Positions 44,753 to 55,173 of a DNA stretch of 64,000 nucleotides are shown in pieces. Source of the DNA: an uncultured Actinomycetota bacterium (lineage in GTDB: Bacteria; Actinomycetota; Actinomycetes; JACCUZ01); NCBI GenBank assembly GCA_963794995.1, contig CAWCFV010000002.1, positions 2,954,722 through 3,018,721 of the forward strand, in the 5' to 3' direction. The position numbers and the translations under genes were made by a program. Numbering within the stretch: position 1 is the first letter of the stretch; every line of letters begins with the position of its first letter. Under the pieces are notes generated by a model that searched no databases, had not been told where the DNA came from, and saw nothing but the letters and a program-made list of their open reading frames with translations.

Positions 44753-46038
44753 CGGCCCTGACGCGCGGCCTGCGGCGCCGCGACCTCCGTCTCCTGGTCG
44801 TCGGGTCCACGGTGTCCCTGGTCGGCGACGGGGTCTACGCCGTGGCGATGGCGGTCGCGGTCCTGCACGTCGCCGGCACGGCCACCGCGCTCGCCGCGAC
44901 GGCGGTGGCCAACCTGGTGCCCCGGGTGCTCTTCGGCCTGTACGGGGGGCTGCTGGCCGACCGGGTCAGCAGGCGGGCGGTCCTCGCGGTGTGCGACCTC
45001 GTCCGGCTCGCGGTGGTCGCCGCCCTGGGGCTGCTGCTGCTCGGCGCCGAGCCGCCGCTGTGGGCGCTGCTGGTGCTGGTGGTGCCGCTGGGCGCCGCGT
45101 CCGGCGCCGCGGCCCCGGCGTTCAGCGCGCTGCTGCCCGACCTCGTCGAGGAGGACGAGCTGGTCGCGGCCAACGGCCTGCTCGGCTCGGTGGCGCCGCT
45201 GGCCCAGATGGTGGCCGGCCCGGTGCTGGGCGGGGTCCTGGCGGCGTACGACGTCGGGCTGGCACTGCTCGTCGACGCCGCCACCTTCGGGGTCTCGACA
45301 CTGTGCGTGCTCCTGCTGCGACCGGTCCGCGAGCACCACCGGGTGGCGGCGCGGCCACTGCCGTGGGCACAGTTCCGCGAGGGCCTGGGCTACGTGCGGC
45401 GGACGCCGTGGCTGGCCACCAACATGCTGGCGGGGCTGGTCGTCACCTTCGCCGTGTCCGGGACCATGACGATGCTGCCGGTGCTGGTCCGGTCCGGCTA
45501 CGGCGCGCCGACGGCGGACTTCGGCTACCTGCTGGCCGTCGGTGGCCTGGCCGCGACGCTGGCGGCCGTCTGGGTCGGGGCCCGCCGACCGCCGGGACGG
45601 CCGCTGCGCGCGTCGTACGCGGCCTACGTCGGTGGTCTCGGCGCGGTGGCCGGCCTGGGCCTGGCGCCGGGGCCGCTGCTGGGCGCCGTGTTCATGGCCG
45701 TGTTCTTCGTCGGTGCCACGGTCGGCAACCTGCTCCAGGACAGCGTCCTGGGCGCGCGGGTGCCCCGTGAGCTGCGTGGCCGTGTGTCGTCGCTGGACTG
45801 GGTGGCGGCCACCGCGGCGCAGCCGCTGTCCGTGGTGCTGGCCGCCGTGTCCGCCGACCACCTCGGGATCCGGCCGACCTACGTCGTGGCGGGCGTCGCG
45901 GCTGCACTGTGCTCGCTGGCCGGCCTCGTGCTCCTTCACCGCACCGGCGAGCCGTCCGGCGACCCTGCCGCCGTGCCGGTGCCGACAGCTCAGAACAGCC
46001 GTGAGCCCACGTCGTCGAACCCGCGCAGGGCGTCATAG
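44749..46038 (+). CDS. MFS transporter (DHA3/macrolide efflux-like)
   Basis: ATGA overlap; [24 protein letters not shown]; many TM helices. Confidence 0.87.
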   Translation: MTALTRGLRRRDLRLLVVGSTVSLVGDGVYAVAMAVAVLHVAGTATALAATAVANLVPRVLFGLYGGLLADRVSRRAVLAVCDLVRLAVVAALGLLLLGAEPPLWALLVLVVPLGAASGAAAPAFSALLPDLVEEDELVAANGLLGSVAPLAQMVAGPVLGGVLAAYDVGLALLVDAATFGVSTLCVLLLRPVREHHRVAARPLPWAQFREGLGYVRRTPWLATNMLAGLVVTFAVSGTMTMLPVLVRSGYGAPTADFGYLLAVGGLAATLAAVWVGARRPPGRPLRASYAAYVGGLGAVAGLGLAPGPLLGAVFMAVFFVGATVGNLLQDSVLGARVPRELRGRVSSLDWVAATAAQPLSVVLAAVSADHLGIRPTYVVAGVAAALCSLAGLVLLHRTGEPSGDPAAVPVPTAQNSREPTSSNPRRAS

Positions 46039-46661
46039 TCGAGCACGACGCAGCTGATGCCCCGGTCGGTGGCGAGCACCCGGGCCTGCGGCTTGATCTC
46101 CTGGGCGGCGAACACGCCGCGTACCGGCGTGAGGTGCGGGTCGCGGTTGAGCAGCTCGAGGTACCTGGTGAGCTGCTCGACGCCGTCTATCTCGCCGCGA
46201 CGCTTGATCTCCACCGCCACCGTCGCCCCCGCGTCGTCTCGCGCCAGGAGGTCCACCGGCCCGATCGCGGTCGGGTACTCCCGCCGCACCAGCCTCCAGC
46301 CGTCGCCCAGCGTCTCGATCTGGTCGGCCAGCAGGGCCTGCAGGTGCGCCTCGACACCGTCCTTGACCAGCCCGGGGTCGACCCCCAGCTCGTGGTGGGA
46401 GTCGTGCAGCACGTCCTCGACCGTGATGACCAGCCGCTCGCCGGCCTTGTTGGTGACGGTCCACACGCCGTCGTCGTCGCCGGTGCCGATCCGCAGGGTG
46501 CACGGCGGACTCATCCAGTTCAGCGGCTTGTACGCGCGGTCGTCGGCATGGATCGAGACCGACCCGTCGGACTTGACCAGGATCAGCCGAGGGGCGCTCG
46601 GGAGGTGGGCGGTGAGCCGGCCGACGTAGTCGACCGTGCACCGCGCGATGACGAGCCGCAC
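45990..46661 (-). CDS. nucS: mismatch-specific endonuclease NucS/EndoMS
   Basis: [58 protein letters not shown]-terminal RLF clamp motif. Confidence 0.95.
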   Translation of the reverse strand: MRLVIARCTVDYVGRLTAHLPSAPRLILVKSDGSVSIHADDRAYKPLNWMSPPCTLRIGTGDDDGVWTVTNKAGERLVITVEDVLHDSHHELGVDPGLVKDGVEAHLQALLADQIETLGDGWRLVRREYPTAIGPVDLLARDDAGATVAVEIKRRGEIDGVEQLTRYLELLNRDPHLTPVRGVFAAQEIKPQARVLATDRGISCVVLDYDALRGFDDVGSRLF

Positions 46662-46672
46662 GAGCGCCGACG

Positions 46673-47029
46673 CTAGCCCACGCCTGGCGCCGACTCCTCG
46701 GCGGCGAGCATGTCCTCGAGCGCGAGCAGGCGCAGCAGCCGCAGCACGCTGCGCCGGCAGCGCCGCAGCTCGATGCTCCCGGACCGCCTGACCAGCACCG
46801 CCCGGGCGAGGAGCAGGGGTGAGATCCCCGAGGCGTCGGCGAACCCGACCCCGCTCATGTCGACGACCAGGCGCGTGCACACGGGCACCCGCCGGGCGGC
46901 GAGGGCCTGGTCGACCACCGCCTGCAGCAACGGGGAGCTGGTGATGTCCAGGTCCCCGTCGAGACGCACGGTGACGGTCGCCCCGTCCGGCCGGACGTCG
47001 ACCGCCAGCGTCGACTGCGCGCTCCGCAA
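46673..47029 (-). CDS. STAS-domain anti-sigma factor antagonist
   Basis: [30 protein letters not shown]. Confidence 0.8.
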   Translation of the reverse strand: MRSAQSTLAVDVRPDGATVTVRLDGDLDITSSPLLQAVVDQALAARRVPVCTRLVVDMSGVGFADASGISPLLLARAVLVRRSGSIELRRCRRSVLRLLRLLALEDMLAAEESAPGVG

Positions 47030-47166
47030 CGCCCCGTGCTCCCTCTCCCACGACGGCTGCCCCGTCGGAGCCGTCTGGACGGCCGCAAGCTGCCGGCACG
47101 TGGCGCCTGTCTACCCCATGGCACCCGGAACACTCCCGCGACGGGGAACCTGGGAGGATCGCCGGC

Positions 47167-48942
47167 ATGTCGCGTGAGTTCCGCACGGTGGGTGTCGTCG
47201 GTCTGGGCACGATGGGCGCCGGCATCGTCGAGGTCTTCGCCCGCGAGGGGCTGCAGGTCGTGGGCGTCGAGCCCACCGAGGAGGCCCTCGAGCGCGGGCG
47301 CGGCCACCTCACCCACTCCACGGACCGCGCCGTCCAGCGCGGCAAGCTCACCGAGGACGACCGCGACGCGCTGGTCGCCCGGGTCACCTTCACCACGTCG
47401 ATGGAGGACCTCGCCGACGTCGACCTGCTGGTCGAGGCCGTCCCCGAGCGGCTCGACCTCAAGCAGGAGGTCTTCGCCGCGGCCGACAAGATCTGCCGGC
47501 CCGACACCGTGCTCGCCACCAACACCTCGTCGCTGTCGGTCACCGAGATCTCGGTGGCCACCTCGCGGCCGTCGAAGGTGGTGGGGATGCACTGGTTCAA
47601 CCCGGCGCCGGTGCTCAAGCTCGTCGAGGTGGTGCGCACCGTCGTCACCGAGCAGGAGGTCGTCGACGACGTGTCGGCGCTGGCCGAGCGGCTCGGCAAG
47701 AAGCCGGTGGTGATCGGTGACAAGGCAGGCTTCATCGCCAACGCCCTGTTGTTCGGCTACCTCAACCACGCCGTCTCGATGCTGGAGTCGCGCTACGCGA
47801 CGCGCGAGGACATCGACGCGGCGATGCGCCTCGGCTGCGGCTACCCGATGGGCCCGCTCGCCCTGCTCGACCTGATCGGGCTGGACACGGCGTACGAGAT
47901 CCTCGACACGATGTACCGGCAGTCCCGTGACCGCCTGCACGCCCCCGCGCCGATGCTCAAGCAGATGGTGACGGCCGGGCTGCGGGGCCGGAAGACCGGA
48001 CGCGGCTTCTACACCTACGAGGCGCTCGACTCGCCGAAGGTGGTCGACGACTCGTTCACGCCGGGTCCGGCGGGAGCCCACGAGGCCGGTCGCGACGTGC
48101 GGAAGATCGGTGTGGTCGGCTCCGGGACCATGGCCACCGGAATCGTCGAGGTGCTGGCCAAGGCCGGCTTCGACGTGCTCTACGTGACGCGCGGCGACGA
48201 GCAGGTCGCCCGGGTGCGCGCCAGCCTCGAGCGTTCGCTGGACAAGGCGGTGATGCGCGGGAAGATGGAGCAGGCCGACCGCGAGGCGACCCTCGGCCGG
48301 GTCACCGGGTCGGCCCGGCTCGACGACCTCGCGGACCGCGACCTCGCCGTGGAGGCCGTCGTCGAGGAGCTGTCGGTCAAGCAGGCGCTCTTCTCGTCCC
48401 TCGACGAGATCTGCCGCCCCGGCGCGGTGCTGGCGACGACCACCTCGTCGCTGCCGGTCGTGGAGCTCGCGGCCGCCACCGGCCGGCCGGCGGACGTCGT
48501 CGGGCTGCACTTCTTCAACCCCGCCCCGGTGATGTCGCTGGTCGAGGTGGTCCGCACCGTCTCCACCGCGGACGACGTCGTGGCCACGGCCCGTGCGGTG
48601 TGCGCGCAGGCCGGCAAGCATGCCGTCGAGTGCGGTGACCGGGCCGGGTTCATCGTCAACGCGCTGCTGTTCCCCTACCTGAACGACGCCGTGAAGATGC
48701 TCCAGGCTCACTACGCGAGCGTCGAGGACATCGACTCCGCGATGATCGTGGGCTGCGGGTACCCGCTCGGCCCTTTCGACCTGCTCGACGTGGTGGGCCT
48801 CGACGTCGCCCTGGCCATCCAGCGGACCCTCTACCTGGAGTTCCGGGAGCCCGGGTTCGCCCCGGCGCCGCTGCTCGAGCAGCTGGTGACCGCGGGGTAC
48901 CTCGGCCGCAAGGCCGGTCGCGGCTTCCGCGACTACCGCTGA
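47167..48942 (+). CDS. 3-hydroxyacyl-CoA dehydrogenase with duplicated domains
   Basis: Two units: GLGTMGAG...NTSSL...HWFNPAP and GSGTMATG...TTSSL...HFFNPAP. Confidence 0.9.
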   Translation: MSREFRTVGVVGLGTMGAGIVEVFAREGLQVVGVEPTEEALERGRGHLTHSTDRAVQRGKLTEDDRDALVARVTFTTSMEDLADVDLLVEAVPERLDLKQEVFAAADKICRPDTVLATNTSSLSVTEISVATSRPSKVVGMHWFNPAPVLKLVEVVRTVVTEQEVVDDVSALAERLGKKPVVIGDKAGFIANALLFGYLNHAVSMLESRYATREDIDAAMRLGCGYPMGPLALLDLIGLDTAYEILDTMYRQSRDRLHAPAPMLKQMVTAGLRGRKTGRGFYTYEALDSPKVVDDSFTPGPAGAHEAGRDVRKIGVVGSGTMATGIVEVLAKAGFDVLYVTRGDEQVARVRASLERSLDKAVMRGKMEQADREATLGRVTGSARLDDLADRDLAVEAVVEELSVKQALFSSLDEICRPGAVLATTTSSLPVVELAAATGRPADVVGLHFFNPAPVMSLVEVVRTVSTADDVVATARAVCAQAGKHAVECGDRAGFIVNALLFPYLNDAVKMLQAHYASVEDIDSAMIVGCGYPLGPFDLLDVVGLDVALAIQRTLYLEFREPGFAPAPLLEQLVTAGYLGRKAGRGFRDYR

Positions 48943-48946
48943 GCCC

Positions 48947-49204
48947 GTGACCGACGACGGCTGGGTGGTCCGGCAGGTCACCGGGTCGGCCACGACCCGG
49001 GCCTACCGCTGCCCGGGCTGCGACCACGAGATCCGGCCCGCCACCCCGCACGTCGTGGCCTGGCCCGCCGCGTACGGCGCCGACGACTCGCTCGACGAGG
49101 ACGCCGGCCTCGACGAGCGGCGGCACTGGCACACGGCGTGCTGGCGGGCGCGGGGCCGGCGGGCGCCACGGCCCCAGCGGTCACGCAACGCGCCGCGGCA
49201 CTGA
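48947..49204 (+). CDS. small conserved actinobacterial Cys/His (Zn-finger-like) protein
   Basis: YRCPGCDHEI...HVVAWP...RRHWHTACW. Confidence 0.78.
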   Translation: MTDDGWVVRQVTGSATTRAYRCPGCDHEIRPATPHVVAWPAAYGADDSLDEDAGLDERRHWHTACWRARGRRAPRPQRSRNAPRH

Positions 49205-49214
49205 GGAGCACGCG

Positions 49215-49988
49215 ATGACCGAGCACCACCTCTCGACGTACGGCGCGCAGGAGCTGCGCGCGGCGACGGTGCTGCCCGCCGACCGCCGGCCCGTCGAGCT
49301 GCACACCGCCGACGGCCTGCGGCTGGTCGGCGAGCTCGCGCTCCCGGTCGACCGCCCCCCGGTGGCCACCCTCGTCTGCCTGCACCCGCTGCCCACCCAC
49401 GGCGGCTTCATGGACAGCCACGTGCTGCGCAAGGCGGCGAACCGACTGCCGGCGCTCGCGGGGGTCGCCGTCCTGCGCTTCAACACCCGCGGCACGTCGT
49501 CGCCGGCCGGCACCAGCGAGGGCGCCTTCGACAACGCGGTGGGGGAGCGCTTCGACGTCGCTGCCGCCATCGAGTACGCGGAGTTCCACGAGAGCCCGCC
49601 GCTGCCCGACCGGTGGCTGCTCGGCTGGTCGTTCGGCACCGACCTGGCCCTGATGCACGGCCTCGACCCGTCGGTGCGCGGCGTGATCCTGCTGTCGCCG
49701 CCGCTGCGGTTCAGCAGCGACGAGCACCTCGACGCCTGGGCGGCGTCGGGCAAGCCGGTGCTCGCCCTGGTCCCCGAGCACGACGACTACCTCCAGCCGC
49801 CCGAGGCCCGCCGTCGGTTCGCGCGGATCCCCCAGGCCGAGGTGGTCGGCGTCGAAGGTGCCAAGCACCTGTGGGTCGGCGAGCCCGCCGTCCGCCGCGT
49901 CCTCGACGAGGTCGTGAAGCGGGTCGCTCCGGAGGCCCACCCGCTGCCCACGTCGGTCCGGCTGCCGGACCCGGCGGAGAACGGCTGA
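49215..49988 (+). CDS. alpha/beta hydrolase
   Basis: HPLPTHGGFMDS, LRFNTRG, GWSFG nucleophile elbow, HDDYL, AKHLW. Confidence 0.88.
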   Translation: MTEHHLSTYGAQELRAATVLPADRRPVELHTADGLRLVGELALPVDRPPVATLVCLHPLPTHGGFMDSHVLRKAANRLPALAGVAVLRFNTRGTSSPAGTSEGAFDNAVGERFDVAAAIEYAEFHESPPLPDRWLLGWSFGTDLALMHGLDPSVRGVILLSPPLRFSSDEHLDAWAASGKPVLALVPEHDDYLQPPEARRRFARIPQAEVVGVEGAKHLWVGEPAVRRVLDEVVKRVAPEAHPLPTSVRLPDPAENG

Positions 49989-50034
49989 CGCGGACCGTCG
50001 GTGCAGCGCCTGGCGGAGGATTCTGGCAGGGCGG

Positions 50035-50559
50035 TCAGGGACGGCTGACCTCGCCGCGCGCCGGGTACTCGTTCTCCCTGATCCAGCGAATCGCGTTCAC
50101 CAGGTTGTCCAGGTGCGGGCGGGCGAAGGGCATCGACTGCACGTGCGCGGAGTAGACGGTCCCGTCGGTGGCGACCAGGAACATGCCGGGCTCGCTGAAG
50201 ACGTCGGGCTCGGGCTCCTTGACGCCCTTGCTGACGAAAAGGCCCCAGTCGCGCATCGAGTCCTGGCTCAGGTCGTGGGCGACCGACAGGCGTCCGAGAC
50301 CCCATTCCGTCACCGCCCGCTGCGCGCGGTCGGCGTCGTCGCCGCTGACCGCGACGACGTGGGTGACGCCGACATCCGCGAGGGCGTCGAGCTTGGCGTC
50401 GAGCTCGACCAGCTGGTCCTTGCACTTCGGGCAGTGCAGCCCGCGGTAGAAGACCACCAGCGTGAAGGCGACCGGCTCCTGGTCCGAGAGCCGCCAGCGA
50501 CCGCCGCCGACCAGGGGCAGGTCGAGCGTGGGGGCGGGCTCGCGGGGGGTGGGGCTCAT
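50035..50559 (-). CDS. AhpC/TSA-family peroxiredoxin-like protein
   Basis: VFYRGLHCPKC, FSEPGMFLV, PFARP. Confidence 0.87.
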   Translation of the reverse strand: MSPTPREPAPTLDLPLVGGGRWRLSDQEPVAFTLVVFYRGLHCPKCKDQLVELDAKLDALADVGVTHVVAVSGDDADRAQRAVTEWGLGRLSVAHDLSQDSMRDWGLFVSKGVKEPEPDVFSEPGMFLVATDGTVYSAHVQSMPFARPHLDNLVNAIRWIRENEYPARGEVSRP

Positions 50560-50668
50560 CTGGGGTCCTCTCGGTGGGCTGGGTCCGGCACCCCTTGCCC
50601 CCACCCGTCCGGACGAACCCACCGATGTCGGGCGCGGCGTCCAACGGCGCCGGGTAGCGTCGGGTGGC

Positions 50669-51460
50669 GTGACCGTCGCGTTGCACGTCCGCGAAGCCGG
50701 CTCCGGCCGTCCCGTCGTCCTGCTGCACGCCTTCCCGCTCTCGTCGGCCATGTGGCGCGAGCAGCGCAACGCCCTGGGCGACCGGTGCCGCGTCATCACG
50801 CCGGACCTGCGTGGCTTCGGCGGCAGCCCGCTCGGTGACGACGAGCCGTCGCTGGACGCTGTCGCCGACGACGTGGCGGCGATGCTCGACGGGCTCGGGC
50901 TCGACCAGGTCGTCCTCGGTGGCCTGTCGATGGGCGGCTACGCCGCGATGGCCTTCCTGCGCCGGCACCCCGGCCGGGTGAGTGCGCTGGTGCTGGCCGA
51001 CACCAAGGCCACGCCCGACGCCCCGGACGCGGCAGCGAACCGGGAGCGGATCGCCGCGCAGCTGGACGCCGACGGCAGCGCAGACGTGCTGGTCTCCGAC
51101 GTGCTGCCGACGTTGGTGGGCGAGACCACGAAGCGCGAGCGACCAGTCGTGGCCGGCCGGGTGCGGGGCCTCGTCGAGGCGGGGCCCCCGGCGGCGGCCG
51201 CCTGGGCGCAGCGCGCGATGGCTGCCCGGCCCGACTCGCTGCCCACCCTGCGCGCCAGCGACCTGCCGACGCTGGTGCTGCGCGGCGACGAGGACGCCCT
51301 GTCGTCGCAGGACGACGCGGACGCGATGGTCGACGCACTTCCCAGGGGTCGGCTCGTCGTGCTGCCGGGCGCCGGCCACCTCACCGCGGTCGAGACCCCC
51401 GAGGCCTTCGCGGCCGCGGTGGATGCCTTCCTCGACACCCTGCCGCCGGCCACGCGGTGA
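50669..51460 (+). CDS. alpha/beta fold hydrolase (enol-lactonase-like)
   Basis: LLHAFPL, PDLRGFG, GGLSMGGY, GDED, AGHL. Confidence 0.88.
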   Translation: MTVALHVREAGSGRPVVLLHAFPLSSAMWREQRNALGDRCRVITPDLRGFGGSPLGDDEPSLDAVADDVAAMLDGLGLDQVVLGGLSMGGYAAMAFLRRHPGRVSALVLADTKATPDAPDAAANRERIAAQLDADGSADVLVSDVLPTLVGETTKRERPVVAGRVRGLVEAGPPAAAAWAQRAMAARPDSLPTLRASDLPTLVLRGDEDALSSQDDADAMVDALPRGRLVVLPGAGHLTAVETPEAFAAAVDAFLDTLPPATR

Positions 51461-51754
51461 CGGTTCCTCGGCCCCCGGTCTCTGAAGCATGCGGACCGAC
51501 CTCACCGACCTGCGCTACGAAGCCGGCATGAGCTGCTGTCACGTGCTCGGCGAGAGGCGCCGAGCCGGCCGACATCCAGCCCGACGCCGCTGCCGGCGAT
51601 GCGCGAGCCCGTCGATGTGGCACACCGAGGCCACCGCGATCGGCACGCCTCTCGTGCCTGCACCGCCTCGTCCGGCGGAGCCCTATCGTGCGACTTGCCC
51701 ACGGAACCGTGGGTCCTGTGGGCGGCTGGGTTCCGAGTTCCGTGGAGGAGAGGC

Positions 51755-52195
51755 ATGGAGACGACGTTCGACACGGTCATCCGCGGCTACGGCAACAACG
51801 CGGGGATCGAGGTCCCGCCCGAGAACCTGGCGCAGCTGGGAGGCAGCAGACGGCCACCTGTCGTGGTCACCATCGGGAGCTACAGCTATCGCAGCACCGC
51901 CGGCGTGATGGGTGGCCGAACCCTGATCTCGCTGCCCAGGGCTCATCGCGACGCGTCCGGCCTGAGAGCCGGTGACGAGGTGACCGTCACGCTCGTACTC
52001 GACGAGGGGCCGCGCCCGGTCGCCGTACCTCCTGACCTGGCCGCCGCGCTCGAGGAGGCAGGACTCACCGAGACCTTCGCCGGCCTGGCCTACTCACGGC
52101 GCAAGGAGTTCGCGAGACTGGTGGTCGAAGCAAAGGCTGAGGCAACGCGTGCTCGACGCGTGGACAGGATCCTCACCCAAGTCGCTGGCGGCTGA
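51755..52195 (+). CDS. DUF1905 + YdeI/OmpD-associated domain protein
   Basis: GIEVP, RPPVVVTI, YRST, LRAGDEV, VPPDLAAAL, LAYSRRKE, AKAEATRARR. Confidence 0.85.
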   Translation: METTFDTVIRGYGNNAGIEVPPENLAQLGGSRRPPVVVTIGSYSYRSTAGVMGGRTLISLPRAHRDASGLRAGDEVTVTLVLDEGPRPVAVPPDLAAALEEAGLTETFAGLAYSRRKEFARLVVEAKAEATRARRVDRILTQVAGG

Positions 52196-52287
52196 GTGGC
52201 TCCTCGATCGGGGCACCTGTGGCGTCCGGATCGCTCGGTGTTGCCAGCTCCGACGGCCACCTCATGCCGAGGACATCCGCACTGCAT

Positions 52288-52692
52288 TCAGGCACGGTGG
52301 CTGCGTACCGCGTCCACCAGGGTCTTGCGCACGAGGGGGTGGGCGGGCGGAGGCAGCTCCTCCAGGCCGAACCATCCGATGTCGTCGTGCTCCTCGGGAG
52401 CGACGTTCGCCGGATCTCCTTGCCAGTCGCTCACGAGCCAAGCGCTCAGGAGTGCCGGCTCCTCCGCAGGTCCGGCGGTCAGCCGACACAGATGAGACGC
52501 CGAGCCTGTCGCCATCTGCACGCCGAGCTCCTCGAGCAGCTCCCGCCTGAGGGCGCCCAGCTCTGACTCGCCGGCCTCCATGACTCCACCGGGCAGCTCC
52601 CACACGCCCGGGTACGCACGCTTGCGCGGACTCCGATGCACCAGCAGGACCCGGCTCTCCCGAACCAGAGCGCCGACGACGACCTTGTGCAT
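52288..52692 (-). CDS. NUDIX hydrolase
   Basis: WELPGGVMEAGESELGALRRELLEELG Nudix box; EEHDDIGWF. Confidence 0.88.
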   Translation of the reverse strand: MHKVVVGALVRESRVLLVHRSPRKRAYPGVWELPGGVMEAGESELGALRRELLEELGVQMATGSASHLCRLTAGPAEEPALLSAWLVSDWQGDPANVAPEEHDDIGWFGLEELPPPAHPLVRKTLVDAVRSHRA

Positions 52693-52808
52693 ACGCGGAT
52701 CACAGCACCGGCCACCGACAAGCGACCGACCGCTCGTGCTGCCTCCCTGCTGTTCTCGCACGACCCGCGGGGGTGACCACGCGTCGACCCGCTCGGCCCC
52801 GACGGGTG

Positions 52809-54032
52809 CTAGGTCCGGTCCATCCGGGGGATCGCCACCTGGCGGAGGACGAGCAGCACCGCGGCGGCGACCGGGATCGCCAGCAGGGCACCGACCACGC
52901 CGAGCAGGGCACCACCGAGCAGCACGGCGACCACGGTCACCGGGGCCGGGACGTCGACGGCCCGGCGCATCACCCGCGGGTAGACGACGTAGTTCTCGAA
53001 CTGCTGGTAGGCGACGTAGAAGCCGACGCAGACCAGCCCCACCGTCACCGACTCGGCGAAGCCGAGCAGCGAGACGACCACCGCCGCGATGGTCGCGCCC
53101 ACCAGGGGGACCAGGTCCAGGAGGGCGACCAGCACCGCCAGCGCGAGTGCGTAGGGCAGGCCCACGATGCGCAGGAAGGCGTACGACGTGACGCCGGCGA
53201 TGAACGCCACGGTGAGTGCCCCGCTGACGAATCCGCCGATCCTGTTGACGACCTCGTCGCCGAGCAGGGTCACCCGCTCGCGGCGCGAGGCGGGCACCAG
53301 GCGGTAGGCCTGACGCTTCATGCTCGGCAGGGCGGCGAGGAAGTAGAGCGTCATGATCAGCAGGGAGAAGGCGCTGAACACGGCGTTGAGCACGATCCGG
53401 CCCACGCCCACGACCCCGCCGAAGGCCCGCTGGCCGAGGTCGCCGGAGGTGACGTAGTCCTGGGCCCGCTCGATGACGCCGTAGCTCTCGTCGAACCGGC
53501 GGATCGACGGGTTGCGGCGCAGGTCCGCCAGCAGGTCGGGCAGGGCCGTGACCAGCTCGTCGGTCTGCTCGATCGCCGGTGGGAGCACGGCGAACCCGAA
53601 GCCGACGAAGGCGCCGATCACGCAGACGAAGACGATCAGGATCGCGAGGCCGCGCCGCATCCCGCGTGCCACGAGCCACTCCGTGAACGGGCTCAGGCCG
53701 ATGGCCAGGAACAGTGCGACGACGATGAGGATGATGACGCTGCGCGCCTCGACGACCGCCTGGACCAGGAAGTAGGCCAGGAAGACGCCCAGGGCGCCGA
53801 GGAAGCCGAGCATGAACGGCGAGTCGCGCCGGATCGGCCGGCCGAGGCGGCCGAAGGCCGGGTCCTCGCTGTCGGAGTGGACGTGCTGCTCCGCCCGCAC
53901 CGCCTCCCGGGCGGCCGAGCGCGCGCCCTGCGCCGCAGCGCGCGCGTCGTCGCGTGCGCTCTCGGCCTCCTCGACGGCCGTCGCCTCCCCCGGCCGGCCG
54001 GGGGAGGCGTCCGGCTCTTCCGCCCCGGCCAC
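52809..54032 (-). CDS. AI-2E family transporter
   Basis: LDLVPLVGA, YQQFENYVVYPRVM, GGALLGVVGALLAIP. Confidence 0.9.
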   Translation of the reverse strand: MAGAEEPDASPGRPGEATAVEEAESARDDARAAAQGARSAAREAVRAEQHVHSDSEDPAFGRLGRPIRRDSPFMLGFLGALGVFLAYFLVQAVVEARSVIILIVVALFLAIGLSPFTEWLVARGMRRGLAILIVFVCVIGAFVGFGFAVLPPAIEQTDELVTALPDLLADLRRNPSIRRFDESYGVIERAQDYVTSGDLGQRAFGGVVGVGRIVLNAVFSAFSLLIMTLYFLAALPSMKRQAYRLVPASRRERVTLLGDEVVNRIGGFVSGALTVAFIAGVTSYAFLRIVGLPYALALAVLVALLDLVPLVGATIAAVVVSLLGFAESVTVGLVCVGFYVAYQQFENYVVYPRVMRRAVDVPAPVTVVAVLLGGALLGVVGALLAIPVAAAVLLVLRQVAIPRMDRT

Positions 54033-54037
54033 CGGGG

Positions 54038-55129
54038 CTAGCGCTTGGCGGCGGAGGGCTTCTCCGGGGTCAGGGTGGCCTCGCCCCCGGCGGCGTCGGG
54101 CTCCGCCGCGCCGTCGGACGTCGCCACCGGCTCCTCGGCCTCGGCCTCGGAGGCCTTCACGGAGCCACCGGCGGGGACCGCGGCGGCAGCCTTGCCCGGC
54201 CGGTCGGCCTGGGCGGCCTGCCCGGCGTCCGCACCGTCGGCAGCGTCCGGCGCGCCGGCGGTGTCGCTCAGCGGGTCCGGCAGGGACGCGCCGGTGAGGG
54301 TGGCGAGCATCTGGCGGACGTTGGTGAGCTGGGAGTTGATGCTGTCGCGGCGCTGGGTGGCCGCGGTCAGCTCGCGCTCGGACTCGGTGCGGATGCGCTC
54401 GGCGGTGGCCTTGGCCTCGGCGACGATGTCGTCGGCCCGGCGGGCCGCCTCGTCCAGCGTGCGCTGGGACTTGCGGTCGGCGTCGGCGCGCAGCTTCTCG
54501 GCCTCCAGCCGCAGCTGCTCGGCCCGCTGGCTGACGACCCCGAGCTGCTGCTCGTTGGCCTTCATCTGCTCGGTGAAGTCTCGCTCGGCCTGCTCGCGGC
54601 GGTGGGCCAGCGTCGTCTCGAAGTCCGCCGCGGCCTGGGCGGCCTTGGCGCGGTTGTTCTCGAACAGCGCCTCCGCCTCCTCGCGGCGGGCCTTGGCGTC
54701 GCGCTCGGAGTCGTCGCGCAGGGTGTCGGCCTTCTTCTTGGCGTCCTGCAGGAGCCGGGCCGCCTCGGTGTCGGCGTCGGAGCGCCGCTCCTGGGCGTAG
54801 CGCTCGGCGTCCCGACGAAGCTTGTCGGCGTCCTGCTCGGTGAGCGCCCGGTGCTGGGCGGCCTCGTCGGCGGCCGCGGCGCGCAGGCCGCCCGCCTCCT
54901 CCTCGGCCAGGCCGAGGATCTGCTCGATGCGGGCGCCGAGACCCGCGAAGGGGCTGCTCTGCTCGGCGGGCTCCGCGGAGCCCTGGTCCTGCACACGCTT
55001 CTCGGCCTCGGCGACGCGGCCGCGCAGGTTCTCGAGCTCGCGCTGGAGCGCGCTGAGGTGGCGGTCGACCTGCGAGGGCTCGTAGCCGCGGCGGACGACC
55101 TCGAAGGACTGGGCGGGGGTGTTGGTCAT
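54038..55129 (-). CDS. filP: FilP/AbpS-like DivIVA-domain coiled-coil protein
   Basis: FEVVRRGYEPSQVD, FAGLGARIEQILGLAEEEA, RRDSINSQLTNVRQML; downstream of scy-like gene. Confidence 0.85.
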   Translation of the reverse strand: MTNTPAQSFEVVRRGYEPSQVDRHLSALQRELENLRGRVAEAEKRVQDQGSAEPAEQSSPFAGLGARIEQILGLAEEEAGGLRAAAADEAAQHRALTEQDADKLRRDAERYAQERRSDADTEAARLLQDAKKKADTLRDDSERDAKARREEAEALFENNRAKAAQAAADFETTLAHRREQAERDFTEQMKANEQQLGVVSQRAEQLRLEAEKLRADADRKSQRTLDEAARRADDIVAEAKATAERIRTESERELTAATQRRDSINSQLTNVRQMLATLTGASLPDPLSDTAGAPDAADGADAGQAAQADRPGKAAAAVPAGGSVKASEAEAEEPVATSDGAAEPDAAGGEATLTPEKPSAAKR

Positions 55130-55173
55130 CGATCAGGTCCTGTCGTCACTTCGGTGGGAGCGGGGGTCTGCGG

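Noticed and set aside
51489-51908. 139-aa ORF MRTDLTDLRYEAG...
   Set aside because: Overlaps the DUF1905 gene out of frame and has no motif support.
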